A stretch of DNA of 64,000 bases, counting the filler, from Basidiobolus ranarum (taxonomy: Eukaryota), in NCBI GenBank assembly GCA_040143965.1. It is 33 parts of 33 records of this genome, joined end to end, with 100 filler letters (N's around TTAATTAATTAA, not from the genome) between each part and the next. Parts side by side here need not be neighbours in the genome. Positions count along the whole stretch, not along the records: positions 50,596 to 52,432 come from JASJQH010004239.1; positions 52,533 to 54,367 come from JASJQH010004240.1; positions 54,468 to 56,302 come from JASJQH010004241.1; positions 56,403 to 58,237 come from JASJQH010004242.1; positions 58,338 to 60,171 come from JASJQH010004243.1; positions 60,272 to 62,104 come from JASJQH010004244.1; positions 62,205 to 64,000 come from JASJQH010004311.1; 26 more parts are not named here. One strand, given 5' to 3'. The notes under the pieces were generated by a model that ran no database searches, was not told the origin of the DNA, and saw nothing but the letters and a program-made list of their open reading frames with translations. Position numbers and translations under genes: made by a program. Shown piece after piece: positions 50,813-62,579 of this stretch. The stretch's first letter is position 1; each line of letters begins with the position of its first letter.

Positions 50813-52432
50813 AATGTAGACAAAATCCCTAGGCAGAGAAAGGTATTTTATGACCTTTATTGATGATAAGACAAAGTACACTTGGGTTTACTTTCTAGCC
50901 AGTAAGGATGAAGCCTTTGATGCCTTCAAGAAATTCAAAGCAATGGTGGAGACTAAAATAGGTCTAAAGATTAAGATCACCTGTACTGATAATGGAGGGG
51001 AATATACCTCAAAACTCTTCTCTAACTTCTGCTCAACACATGGGGTAAAACAGCACACTACAGTGCCCTATTCTCCCTAGCAGAATGGAGTAGCAGAATG
51101 TGTAAATAGATCAATAATGGAAAAGACAAGATTGATGCTTCATGATCAATATTTACCAAATCAGTTCTGGGCTGAATTGATTGCAACTGGAGTATATATT
51201 AGGAATAGATGTCCTTCTAGGTCTCTTTTAAATACAACACCTTATAAAGCTTAGCTTCAAAGTAAACCTGATGTGGCTAATCCCAGAGTTTTTGGAAGTA
51301 CCACATATGCAATGATTCCATACCAGAAGAGATCAAATTTAGACCAAAAAAGCCAGAAATGTCTTTTTTTGGGATATTGTGATGGAACAACAGGGTACAG
51401 ACTGTATGACACTGAAAATAAGAGGCTAACCAAGTCAAGGGATGTGGAATTTGCTGAAGAAGAGAAATTTTCAATCAAAACAATCCAGTATCAAGCAAAT
51501 AACCAAAAATTGATGAAAATTCTTCTTTCTCTCACCAGATCCTGATCAGTGCAAAAAACATTGAAAATTGTTCACCTGCAGTCTCCTCAACCAAGCCTGA
51601 AGTGGTTTCATTGCCTAAATTGGTACCAGAAGTTGTAGTGCCAATTTCCTATTGTAGTAGATCCAATTGGATGAGAGCACTGCCTGATTACTACTCTCAC
51701 CCTAGCCAAAAAGAGCCTAGTGCTAATTTGGCCTTTTCTGATTAACCCAAATCAGTACATGAGGCTATGGAGATTCCCAACACAAAGTGTTGGAGTGCTG
51801 CGATGGCGGAGGAATATTAGTCACTCATAGATAACCAAACTTGGACTTTGGTTTAGTTACCTGATGACCAAAAATCAATTGGATTCAAATAGGTGCTTAA
51901 AGTTAAACAGCAAGCTGATGGATCTTTAGAAAGATGTTAAGCCAGACTTGTGGCTAAAGGATACTCTTAATTGGAATGAGTGGACTACAATGAAACATTT
52001 GCTCCTGTAGCAAAGTTTGATTCCATCAGAACCATACTAGCAGTAGCAGCAAAACACAGCTTAAAAGTCCATTAAATGGATGTTAAAACTGCTTTTTTGC
52101 ATAGGGACTTGGAAGAGGATATATTCATGGATCAAGCAGATAGTTTTACGGATCCTGAGCACCCTGAGGATGTGTGTAAGCTACAAAAATTACTTTATGG
52201 ACTTAAACAATCACCCAGGGCCTGGTACACTAAGATAGACACATACTTGGAATCACTTGATTTCCAAAAGAGTATGGTGGATTTTGGGATCTACTTTAGG
52301 ACAGATAAGGACAGTAAAGTGATACTTGCCTTATATGTAGATGATCTGATTATAGCTACCAATAATGATGAAGCTCTCAGGAACACCAAAAGAGATCCAT
52401 CAGTCTAATTCAAGATGACTGACCTTGATGAA
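50813..52432 (+). pseudogene. Copia integrase-RT relic
   Basis: TFIDD, TDNGGEY, CLFLGY..GYRLYD, MDVKTAFL, LYGLKQSPRAW and YVDDL; many stops. Confidence 0.95.
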
Positions 52433-52746
52433 NNNNNNNNNNNNNNNNNNNNNNNNNNNNNNNNNNNNNNNNNNNNTTAATTAATTAANNNNNNNNNNNN
52501 NNNNNNNNNNNNNNNNNNNNNNNNNNNNNNNNAATTCAATATTCCCCTCACATTTCTATCCAAGCCTAGTGTCTACTAGCATCTACAGAACACCCAGCCT
52601 AGCTGCCTAGCAAACCTATTCTCTACCATAACATATTAACTCACTGCTATTCCCAAGACATATATTAGGTAGATCTGCTCTGCTGACATATCCTGCTTAA
52701 ACAGTTTCAAGATTCTTCCCTTAATTGTTTCTTTGGTTCAGTAAAG

Positions 52747-53331
52747 TTCAAGACTTTTTATCCACTTTTCTCTTGGACACAACAATGCCAAATATATAAT
52801 ATAAGGTCAAATTTTCAGTTCTTGATTCTAGAGTCATTACTAAGCTCTGAAACCTGTGTGGCAGGCTATTTTTGACTGTAACTATGATATCTTGATCAGT
52901 GGCAGGTACTCCAATGCATTCCATATAATCCACTAAAAGAGTGACTATTAATTAGTGATTTGATTTCTTCTCCTGGCTTCATCTTGAAGTTAAAGAATTG
53001 TCTTCTTAGAAACATCTTGTTGTTAGCAGAACTTGTTTGGTAGGTGTCTTCCAAGGCTTTCCACACCTTGTTGGCAGTTTTAGCTCTTAAACATAGAATT
53101 AGCAATTTGTGTTTAATATTAAGACAAATTGTCAAAGGCACTTTGTTCTTTTTTAACTTGGAGTAAAATTTTGGTTTCAGATAGTTTTGCATTGTTTTCT
53201 TCTCCTACAAAAGTGTCCTAAAGTTCTTTTTGTTGTAGCAGCATTTTCATTTTAATTTTCCAAACTTGATAATTGGTTCCATCCAATATTTCAGAAAAGG
53301 GAAAAGTTCCATAAATTTGTGAAGTAGACAT
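52747..53331 (-). pseudogene. Copia family-A gag relic
   Basis: ATG at 53331; LDGTNYQVWKIKMKMLL, AKTANKVWKALE and LPHRFQSLV. Confidence 0.9.
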
Positions 53332-53362
53332 TAGAGAGAGTGCAAGCTCAGGGCTTGTGACC

Positions 53363-53709
53363 TGCTATAGTATTTGGGACCCTGTTGGAAGTGGTTTTGA
53401 AAATTGGAGGAATTGTTGGTTTTCACTTACTGATTTATTGAGTAGAAAGTTCACATTTATAGTTTTGTGAAGACATAAACAAAAAAAGATGTAGAATGTG
53501 TTAAGGAAGGTCCCAGGAACATGTGTACAGGGGTTGGGGCTTCTAGCACAAGCTTGAAAAATCCAGATATCTGAGAACTTCTAAATTGGTAAAAATATTC
53601 CAAGTGCATTCTAATTGGGAATAATGGATAATATCTTAGTGAATTATAAGATAGCTAGGTACTAAGCTATATATGACTATATAGGTATTTAGGCAAAGCA
53701 ATTTCAATA
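53363..53709 (-). mobile_element. Copia family-A LTR with polypurine tract upstream and PBS/gag downstream
   Basis: CTCTTCCTC at 53710 plus the pol 3' end on one side; leader and gag on the other. Confidence 0.9.
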
Positions 53710-54177
53710 CTCTTCCTCAATCAAACAGTGATATAGACTATTCCTGCTAAAGGTCTAAATTGTGGACTACCTATCATATATTGATAAGGGAATTAGGGCT
53801 CTCAATTGCACTTTTTGAGCCATATTTGGCTGATTTTCATATTTTATGATGGGATTTTTGACTAGTTTCACACCTGGATCCAGGGGGGTTGCTACTGGCT
53901 TGCAGTACTCCATCCTGTAAACTCTGAGAATGTCTGAGATGTATTGAGATTGATTCAGAGTAGTTGATTTGCTCAATATATCTGTATGGACCTGCAGGCC
54001 TAAAAAATATGTATGTTCACCTAAATCGGTCATCTTGAATTGGACTAATAGATCCCTTTTGATGTTCCTGAGAGCTTCATCATTCTTGATAGCTTTAATC
54101 AGGTCATCTACATATAAGGCAAGTATCACCTTATTGTCCTTATCTGCCTTAAATTAGATCCCAAAATCCACCTTAGT
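53710..54177 (-). pseudogene. Copia RT fragment joined by deletion to the pol 3' end
   Basis: LALYVDDL and MTDLGE (ORF 53767-54129). Confidence 0.88.
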
Positions 54178-54367
54178 TGTCACAATAAGGAACTGGACAA
54201 GGACTGGGAACAACAACAAGAGGCTAGAAGGCAGGAGAGTACTTGGGTGTAGACCACAAGACAAGACAAGACAAGACAAGACTGGACAAGGAAGATACTT
54301 TGGCAAGAATCTTTATTGATAACTGGCGTTGATCAGACTGAGGTCTGATCAAGAAATACATGGTGCT
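54178..54367 (-). mobile_element. LTR family H, partial
   Basis: Near-identical to 15614-15818. Confidence 0.75.
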
Positions 54368-54469
54368 NNNNNNNNNNNNNNNNNNNNNNNNNNNNNNNNN
54401 NNNNNNNNNNNTTAATTAATTAANNNNNNNNNNNNNNNNNNNNNNNNNNNNNNNNNNNNNNNNNNNNGT

Positions 54470-54679
54470 TGGACTCCAAACTCAGTAGCTATGTGGGATA
54501 ATCGTAGCACTCAGCACAACGCTACCGGAGATTACTATCCATATGCTCGACATGGTGAACGAGTTACCGTCCTTGGTGAGAAACCTTATTTCACTTCCAG
54601 TAGTGTTACTGAGGCGGAAGTCAAAGCACCACAAGTTGAAGCGTTATTGGCCAAATTAAATATCGATCAGTCCAAATGA
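54470..54679 (+). CDS. TauD/TfdA-family alpha-ketoglutarate dioxygenase, C-terminus
   Basis: [21 protein letters not shown]...RHGERVT..GEKPY. Confidence 0.88.
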   Translation, partial: WTPNSVAMWDNRSTQHNATGDYYPYARHGERVTVLGEKPYFTSSSVTEAEVKAPQVEALLAKLNIDQSK

Positions 54680-55611
54680 TAGTGAATTCTCCTTTATGAA
54701 ATCAAGCATGAAAGAATGATTAATTGATTTGTAAGGCTAATATGCTTGATCAAAATCAATAAGATGAATAAATTAATCTTTAATAGCTGAACCAAGAATA
54801 ATGATGTCCTTTTTATATCAGTAAAGCCACAGAGCGGTAGCACGTGAGTAAGTATAGCTTCAAAATGTGCGAATGGATAATTTTGATTTATAGCGTCCTT
54901 GTTGGCTCAGTATTCCCATCATAGGACTATCCTACTAGTTGGCCTCTGATATTTGGTTACCTGGGGTAAATCTGAAATGGAAATATCAGCACCAATACTA
55001 TTACACGCCGAACCAATTTGAGCGGCAAGTACACTTTTATTATAGTTGGCTTAGTGAGTTCACCAGGTGCACTAGTAGGTGTGTTCGGTAGTAATATTTG
55101 GATCCTACTTGGACACCAATCAGAGGAATTTTGAACCTAATTCCGTAGTGGAATCGTTAATTGACAGATGAAATTTATAAATATTGACTTAGATTTAACA
55201 TCAATTACATATATATTACGTATATACTGTAAATAATTCTACAAGTTATTATCTTACCACGTTTTAGGCCTTATCTATAAATGTTTCAGATGTACCCAGA
55301 AAATTGGGATTTTTACGATGAATCGCGACTCCTAACCCCACTAACCAAATAAGCAGAACAGATACCGCTATTATTAATATTAGTTGCCTGTTTTGGATGA
55401 AATGAAAATAGGCTATTTGGGTCAGAGTTACTTGTATGAATATTACACACTGGTTGCCATTAATGAGAGTTTATTTCAGAGGATAGGGTTAGAGTAGTGC
55501 TGTATATATTGTATTGAAAAAATTGTCTAGAGCTCACACTTTACATCATGATATTTTAGTTCGATGCAACAAGAACATTGAGTGATTAAGAATGTTATGA
55601 ATCAATAACAC

Positions 55612-56235
55612 TCACAAGTTACTGCGAGGTCTAATTTCATTTTCAAAGTACTCCTTAACGCCTTTACGGATGTCCAATGCACAACCATACGAAAGAGTGT
55701 AGCCTGAGCCTCCGTGACCATAATTATGGAAAATCTTGGGGTTTTTATCATCTTGTCCTACACGGGGTTCATCACGGAATGGTCGAATTCCAACGCGATA
55801 ATAGTAATCAGTGAATTCGGCTTTGGCTAAATCAGGATAGAGATTGACACATCCAGCCTTCATTCTCTCCAGGTATTGATGCTCATTTTCATTCCACTCT
55901 AATGTTTCTTCTCCCATTTGGGCATAACCGCCAAGAATAAGGATATCGTCATTTCTAGGTACGATGAACTCGAATCTTCCTTCATCGGCCTTTCTCTTCT
56001 CTTCAGCAGTAGCATTGGCATCAGCATCCCGTTGAGAGATGGAGATACAGCTTTCAATTTTCCTGAACCGTTTTCCATCATTCTTGGCATGGATCAGGAT
56101 ACCACGGAGGGGCTTCATTTTTTCATCGCCACATAGCTCTCTTGAAGTCATACCAGTACAGTTGATGATGATATCAGCCTTGAATCGCTTCAATAAATCA
56201 GGAGCTTCCTCGTGAAGAGTGTCTTCAACGACAGC
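55612..56235 (-). CDS. D-amino-acid oxidase family protein, last exon
   Basis: IINCTG, RG.L, GIRPFR and HNYGHGGSGYTLSYGCA; intron acceptor near 56236. Confidence 0.9.
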   Translation of the reverse strand, partial: AVVEDTLHEEAPDLLKRFKADIIINCTGMTSRELCGDEKMKPLRGILIHAKNDGKRFRKIESCISISQRDADANATAEEKRKADEGRFEFIVPRNDDILILGGYAQMGEETLEWNENEHQYLERMKAGCVNLYPDLAKAEFTDYYYRVGIRPFRDEPRVGQDDKNPKIFHNYGHGGSGYTLSYGCALDIRKGVKEYFENEIRPRSNL

Positions 56236-56402
56236 ATACTACGGAAAAGAGCATGAATATGACCAAACGGCGACGAAATAAGATTTTGGGGTTAAAAAGT
56301 CGNNNNNNNNNNNNNNNNNNNNNNNNNNNNNNNNNNNNNNNNNNNNTTAATTAATTAANNNNNNNNNNNNNNNNNNNNNNNNNNNNNNNNNNNNNNNNNN
56401 NN

Positions 56403-58237
56403 CAACCTCAGTTTTGATCTATATAGGGCTTCAAATGGAGTAAAATTATGTAGTAATTGTGTTGGGCATCTGTTTTTGATATAGACTGTGGTGGAGACAG
56501 ATTCAGCCCAATATTGGTAATCTAACTTTCAATCATGTAACATTGATCTTGCCATCACCACTATGGTCCTATTAGCACATCCTGTAACTCTATTTTACTG
56601 TGGAGTATAAGGTACAGTAGTTTGTTGCTTAATTCCATGTTCAGAGCAAAAACTAGCAAAGTTTTTAGAGCAGTATTCTCCACCATTATCACTCCTTGGC
56701 ACCCTTATTTTTTGTGCCGATTCATTGTCTGCCATTGCTTTGTAGTGCTTGAACATAGCTAAGGCTTCAGATTTTGATTTGAGAAAGAACACCCAAGTAT
56801 ATCTTGTTTTGTCATCAATAAAGGTCATAGAGTACCTTTCTCCACCTAGTAGAATGAATCAGGGCAAAATTGTGAGTGAATTTGATCTCTCCAGAGCTTG
56901 AAAATGGCTGTCTGTGATGCTTTCCATATATGCAACCTTCACACAAATCCAATTTCCAAGCCTGAAACAAGCTGATTTCTGATTGTTTGGGTCATTTTTT
57001 GTTCCCCAATGTGGCCTAATATTTTTTTATGCCATGTTTGACAGCTTATTTCACCACTGTTGGCCAAGTTTGCATGCTCAGAATGCAATTTGTTGATTTC
57101 AAGCTTGTACAACTTTTGAGTTTTGATTCCAGTGGCTAATTTGGTATTATTCTGATTTGTGATAGTGCTTCCAGTCTTACTGATCACAAAATGTAGTCCT
57201 TGATCTGTTGCTTAGCTTACTGAGAGTAGATTTTGGCTATATTTGGTACAAAGAGTACATCACCTAACTTTGCAGATGGTGTAGGTGAGTTTTGGTTTAA
57301 GTTGAGTATAACTGTATCCTTACCAAATGCATCAAGTGTCTAGTCATCACCCAAGTAGACTTTCCCTGTTAGATTGGTTTTAAGCTGGAAAACCAATCTT
57401 TCCTGTTTGACATATGTTGGGAAGCTCCTGAATCAATGTACAACAATTCTGAGTCTTCTTTAGTGGTTACTGATTGGACAGACGCAAATAGATGATCTCT
57501 ATCAGTGCTCACTTGATTTGCTTGATCCAATTTTAGCTTTTCAGCAAAAATCCTTGTTCTGCAATCTTTAATTAAATGGCCTGGTTTCTTGCAATATTTT
57601 CAGATGATTAACTTCCTATTACACGCATCATTATTGAAGCCTGTCAGACATTTTACAGCACCAAAATATGCCTGTTCTGCATTATTTTGCTGAGAATTAG
57701 ATCTCCTTAATTTTTCATTCAAAAGCCTAGCACTAAAAAATTCCATTGATAATGGCTCTGATCTTGATTCTTGGGCAATTATGAGGTTCCAGAACTTGTC
57801 TGGCAGGCTCCCAAGTAATGTCATGACTAAGTCATCTTCATTTAGAGGTGCTCCAAGGGATGAGAGCTGATCTGCCATAGTTTTTATCCAATTTATATAA
57901 TTAAGCATGAAATCTTGAGGATTCATCTGAATCGAGAATAATTTTCACCTAAGATATAGCCAATTAACAAAATCTTCAGTCTCATATAGTCCCTCAAGTG
58001 TTTCTCAAGCATTTTGTATGTTTTTGCTGATTGTATGTGCATCAGGTGAGAATCTCTGAGATGTAGACAAACTGTAGAGAGTGCTTTCCTCAGCTTCTTG
58101 TGAAAGGCAAGGATAGCTTCTGGTGGTCCCTTTGGCTCTATTTCTTCTCCTGTAACACATCCCTAAAGGTCCTTGTCTTCTAGCACCATTTGCATCTTAA
58201 ACTTTGAAAGGTGAAAGTCTTCACCATGAAACTTCTC
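56403..58237 (-). pseudogene. Copia gag-protease-integrase relic
   Basis: LLGSLPDKF, CKKPGHLIKDC knuckle, IDSGASQHM, TFIDD and RSDNGGEY. Confidence 0.95.
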
Positions 58238-58337
58238 NNNNNNNNNNNNNNNNNNNNNNNNNNNNNNNNNNNNNNNNNNNNTTAATTAATTAANNNNNNN
58301 NNNNNNNNNNNNNNNNNNNNNNNNNNNNNNNNNNNNN

Positions 58338-58560
58338 CTTAGAAGTTCTCAGATATATAGATTTTTCAAACTTGTGCTAGAAGCCCCAAACTTTGCACAC
58401 ATGTTCCTGGGACCTTCCTTAACATATTCTACATGTTAGTTTGTTTACATCTTGACAAAACTATAAATGTCAACCTTCTACTCAATAAATCAATAAGTGA
58501 AAACCACCAATTCCTCTAATTCTCCAAACCACTTCCAACAGGCTCCCAAATACTTTAACA
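58338..58560 (+). mobile_element. Copia family-A LTR, 3' part
   Basis: Ends CCCAAATACTTTAACA. Confidence 0.9.
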
Positions 58561-59659
58561 ATATCAAGTAGTTCTAGATACACGTGAATTTACATATAGT
58601 GGCATATTGATAATCACATGGTTAGGCGGTTTTTGTTCTATTTTAGGAGGCTTACTCTCACAATTTATCAATGTATCAAAAATACTGCATTCAGAACTTA
58701 TATGAGTTCCAGGTTGATTTGCGGGATCAAGGATAGCAATCATCCCAGCAAGGTAACTTGAATTTTCAGTAATACTGCTCTCTGACAGACTGCTAATCAC
58801 GTTTAGTATTTGATTGCTGAGATACAGAAATTTGAATCTGAATTGAAAAAAGTGCAAATCAGTTGAGAACACTCATGCACATTAGTCACCTATTATCTGT
58901 TATTCATATTATAGCTCAATATTAGAATATGTTTATTATAACACTTCTGAGGAAATATGAATAAGCAACATCAAGTGTGAAGTTCAAAAGTGCTGTTAGT
59001 ATATTGAATGAATTGAAAGTGTTTAGAATAACCTCAAGTTCAATATATCTACTCCACTTGTTTTGTTCTACGGTAATCAAGAAAGTACAATAACACCGGA
59101 GGTAAAGAAAATTATAGTAAGATAGATGACTATTGCTATTCAATCTTTGTTGAAGATTGACAGATAATAGAATCAAAGTATGCCAATAGTAGTAAAAATA
59201 CATTTCAGCTAGATAAGTTTCTAAAAAGTAGAGATATACTAAAATAAATACAGTAGCATTGGTATTTGTAGTATTCCAATGTTAAGGAGTCAATAAGAAA
59301 ATAATCAAGCATAGGTTTGGTCCTTGATTCACATTAATATGTTATAGTTACCAGTTGGTAACAAGTTTGCTTACAGCAAGTATTTCTTGTGACTAGCAAA
59401 TTCAATAAGAATATATCTGATGCTAATCTATATTTGGACAGATTCAGACATATGCAGCAGTATATTGAATAGAAATAAGTATTTGAATATTTATATATCA
59501 TACTTTCACTTCATCCTATGCTGTTGGCTCATGTTTGCTAACTTATTACATCCAACACTATTCAAAAATTAGAACTGAGGTCAATACATTTCAAGGTCTA
59601 AGCCTGAGAGAGATTTTCTATATTCATTACTCGGCTCATATATATGGTAGGATTAGAAT

Positions 59660-60171
59660 TGTTAAAGTATTTGGGAGCCTGTTGGAAGTGGTTTGGAGAA
59701 TTAGAGAAATTGGTGGTTTTTCACTTGTTGATTTATTGAGTAGAAAGTTGACATTTATAGTTTTGTCAAGATGTAAACAAACTAACGTGTAGAATGTGTT
59801 AAATAAGGTCCCAGGAACATGTGTGCAAAGTTTGGGTCTTCTAGCACAAGTTTAAAATATCTATATATCTGAGAACTTCTAAGTAATTTCCTCTTGCGAA
59901 TAGTGGGTGATATCTTGGTGAAATATGGATTAGCCAAATACCAAGCTATGAGAATAATGGATAATATCTTATAACTCACTAAGATATTATCAATTATTCT
60001 CAATTGGAATTTACTTAGAATATTTTTACCAACTTAGAAGTTCTCAGATATATAGATTTTTCAAACTTGTGCTAGAAGCCCCAAACTTTGCACACATGTT
60101 CCTGGGACCTTCCTTAACATATTCTACACGTTAGTTTGTTTACATCCTGACAAAACTATAAATGTCAACTG
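59660..60171. mobile_element. Two family-A LTR pieces in inverted (fold-back) arrangement
   Basis: Minus copy 59660 to ~59949, hairpin junction 59950-60001, plus copy to contig end. Confidence 0.88.
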
Positions 60172-60943
60172 NNNNNNNNNNNNNNNNNNNNNNNNNNNNN
60201 NNNNNNNNNNNNNNNTTAATTAATTAANNNNNNNNNNNNNNNNNNNNNNNNNNNNNNNNNNNNNNNNNNNNAGAGCAAGAATGTTCACTAACTGTCAGGG
60301 TATAGCGTTTGATGAGCCTGTACCATCTATTTCCTGTGCATCGTTACTCTCATTTTGGAACCCTGAATCTGATGCTGTAAAGTATCTCCAGGGCTAAAAT
60401 TGTCTCTAGGTGGTGTTGGAGAAACTTCCATGCGAACCTCAGAATCCTGTGGCATTTCATTCCCTCCTGGTGTAATATCATTCACTCCATTAGACCAAGA
60501 AGCGACAACTTCTCCCTGGTTAGATTTTATTCCACTACCTTCAACTTCAAAGCTAGGTAATGAGTATATGGTATGCTAATCTTATCTCTAATCGCATCTA
60601 CTACACCTTGATTCAGATTTGTATATGTTATACTTGTATATGGTTCGGAATAGATGATTTACACCAATTTACTAGCGGTTTTTGAGCTAAGGCTAATCCA
60701 TTCTTGAGCATGTATAGTGCGGCATAAAAACACTCGAAATATTCAGGTAGCTAGAGATTTTAATGTATCATATCTAATTGGTGTATCGGTTGATATGATA
60801 AGATGCGTGTGACTAACATGTGACGAACAAAACCTTACTCGATAAAGAGCGTTAAGGAAACAATATTCAGAGACTCTTCAGGGGTTAGGGTTAGAGACTC
60901 TTCAATATGTTACCTCTAGAAGTTTTATCATTTATTGTGTATA

Positions 60944-61282
60944 TCATGAGCAATCACTCTCTTGCAAAGTTTCTGCAACACATTCACTTGATTTCACACG
61001 TCGAAGTTGTAACCCAGAGTTAAATACCGCAGTATATTTGCATTTCCCATCCGAGCATTGGAAACTGCGAACCCTTGGTGGTAAAATTGATCCTGATGCT
61101 TGAACCGAACATGTGCAGTATTTAACAACACAATTAGACTTCGATCTTCCACCCAAAAAGCTTCCAGTACGAGTATCCAATATTCCAGGAACAGTAATTC
61201 CTTTACATTCAGCACTGCTTTTATTTATATCCCAAGCGCTGGTTGCGGTAATAAGTAGTGCAAAAGCGATAATAATTCTCAT
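60944..61282 (-). CDS. Small secreted cysteine-rich protein (112 aa)
   Basis: Signal-peptide-like MRIIIAFALLITATSA; 8 Cys; intact intronless ORF in CpG-normal DNA. Confidence 0.75.
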   Translation of the reverse strand: MRIIIAFALLITATSAWDINKSSAECKGITVPGILDTRTGSFLGGRSKSNCVVKYCTCSVQASGSILPPRVRSFQCSDGKCKYTAVFNSGLQLRRVKSSECVAETLQESDCS

Positions 61283-62204
61283 TGTGTCAAAGTTCGGAGT
61301 GTACTATCGAATAACTGTTCAGTGAAAGTCTAGAATGTTAGAGGCTAGTAGACTGGCAATGTTGTGTATCTCACGGAGCAATGAAAGAGAATTTATATTG
61401 ATATTGGTTTGTTGAGCAATGAAAGAGACTTTATATTGATATCGGTTCTTATTGTCTAGATAAGTCATCTTGCATAGGCGGAGATTAATATAATTTGAAT
61501 AGATTTACATCATTATTGATTGTGTTAGTTCGCTGCTAGTATCCTTGCACTTATGTAGATTGTATTTATGTAGATTGTATTAAATGTGGTGATTGTTTAG
61601 TGTAATTGTAATAGTAAGTGTCAGAATAATAGTATTGTACACATCTTAGCCACTGTCAAAACCATGTAAGTGAAGATGAGAATAAGAAAATCGACTCTTA
61701 TATTCTTATACTCTTTTCATTCTTTCTTTGCTGTCAGAAAGGTTGCTATGAGCTTACGTTAAATTCTGAATGCTCACTTCAGATAATACATATAAAACTG
61801 AACTCAAATCACTGAATTTCTGCAAACAAAATGCCACAAATGTTCTCAACTCAAAAGCTAATAGGATGTGACCATGTGGCCGGGTTAATTTAAGAATCAC
61901 TACATACCCAATGTAATCAACACTTTTAGCCATTGCTGTAGTGTTAGAAGTAGGTTATACTCTTTCTCCCAGCTTTTTATTAGCCAACTTGCGCTGCCAG
62001 TATCTATAACAAACTGTTTCCATTCAACAATACTGCCAAGGAATTCGGACACTAGGTCATTCTTCCAGTGAAGTGCGCTTGAAATATTGCCAGCTGACTC
62101 TGGCNNNNNNNNNNNNNNNNNNNNNNNNNNNNNNNNNNNNNNNNNNNNTTAATTAATTAANNNNNNNNNNNNNNNNNNNNNNNNNNNNNNNNNNNNNNNN
62201 NNNN

Positions 62205-62579
62205 GATGTTGTTGAGTTATGTCTGATCAGTCAAGTATGTGCATATGTAGAGACTAAACACAACAAGATTCTTGTATTTTTTGATTCTCATTATGGCTGG
62301 AATACAAAGCCTAAAGTATCTAAATAAAGGCATGCATATTAATTCAAATTCCTACAGCAGTAAACCCAGTAATTTGCCATTCAAAAATTATATTTTTTCA
62401 AAAATTGCCAGATATTGTATAATGTATGAATACCATCAAAATACCATCAAGAAACTGCCATCACACCATCAAAATCCCTGGCAGAATGCAAGCCACCAAT
62501 ATTGTGACAGTTCTCTGATGGTTTTGCTATTTCAGAGGTGAATCCAATCCTGATCAAATTGATTTTGTTATTGTTAGGG
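62205..62579 (+). mobile_element. CACTA right arm and TIR
   Basis: Ends TTGTTAGGG. Confidence 0.87.

Noticed and set aside
58564-59203. ORFs of 102 and 93 aa
   Set aside because: AT-rich, no motifs, no clear splice model
60272-60552. Possible minus-strand exon (FEVEGSGIKSNQGEVVASW...)
   Set aside because: Short and apparently frameshifted, with no identifiable homology
1855-62204. Regularly spaced TTAATTAATTAA palindromes that resemble a repeat array
   Set aside because: Identical N-padded linkers between size-sorted contigs; an assembly artefact, so adjacency across them has no meaning
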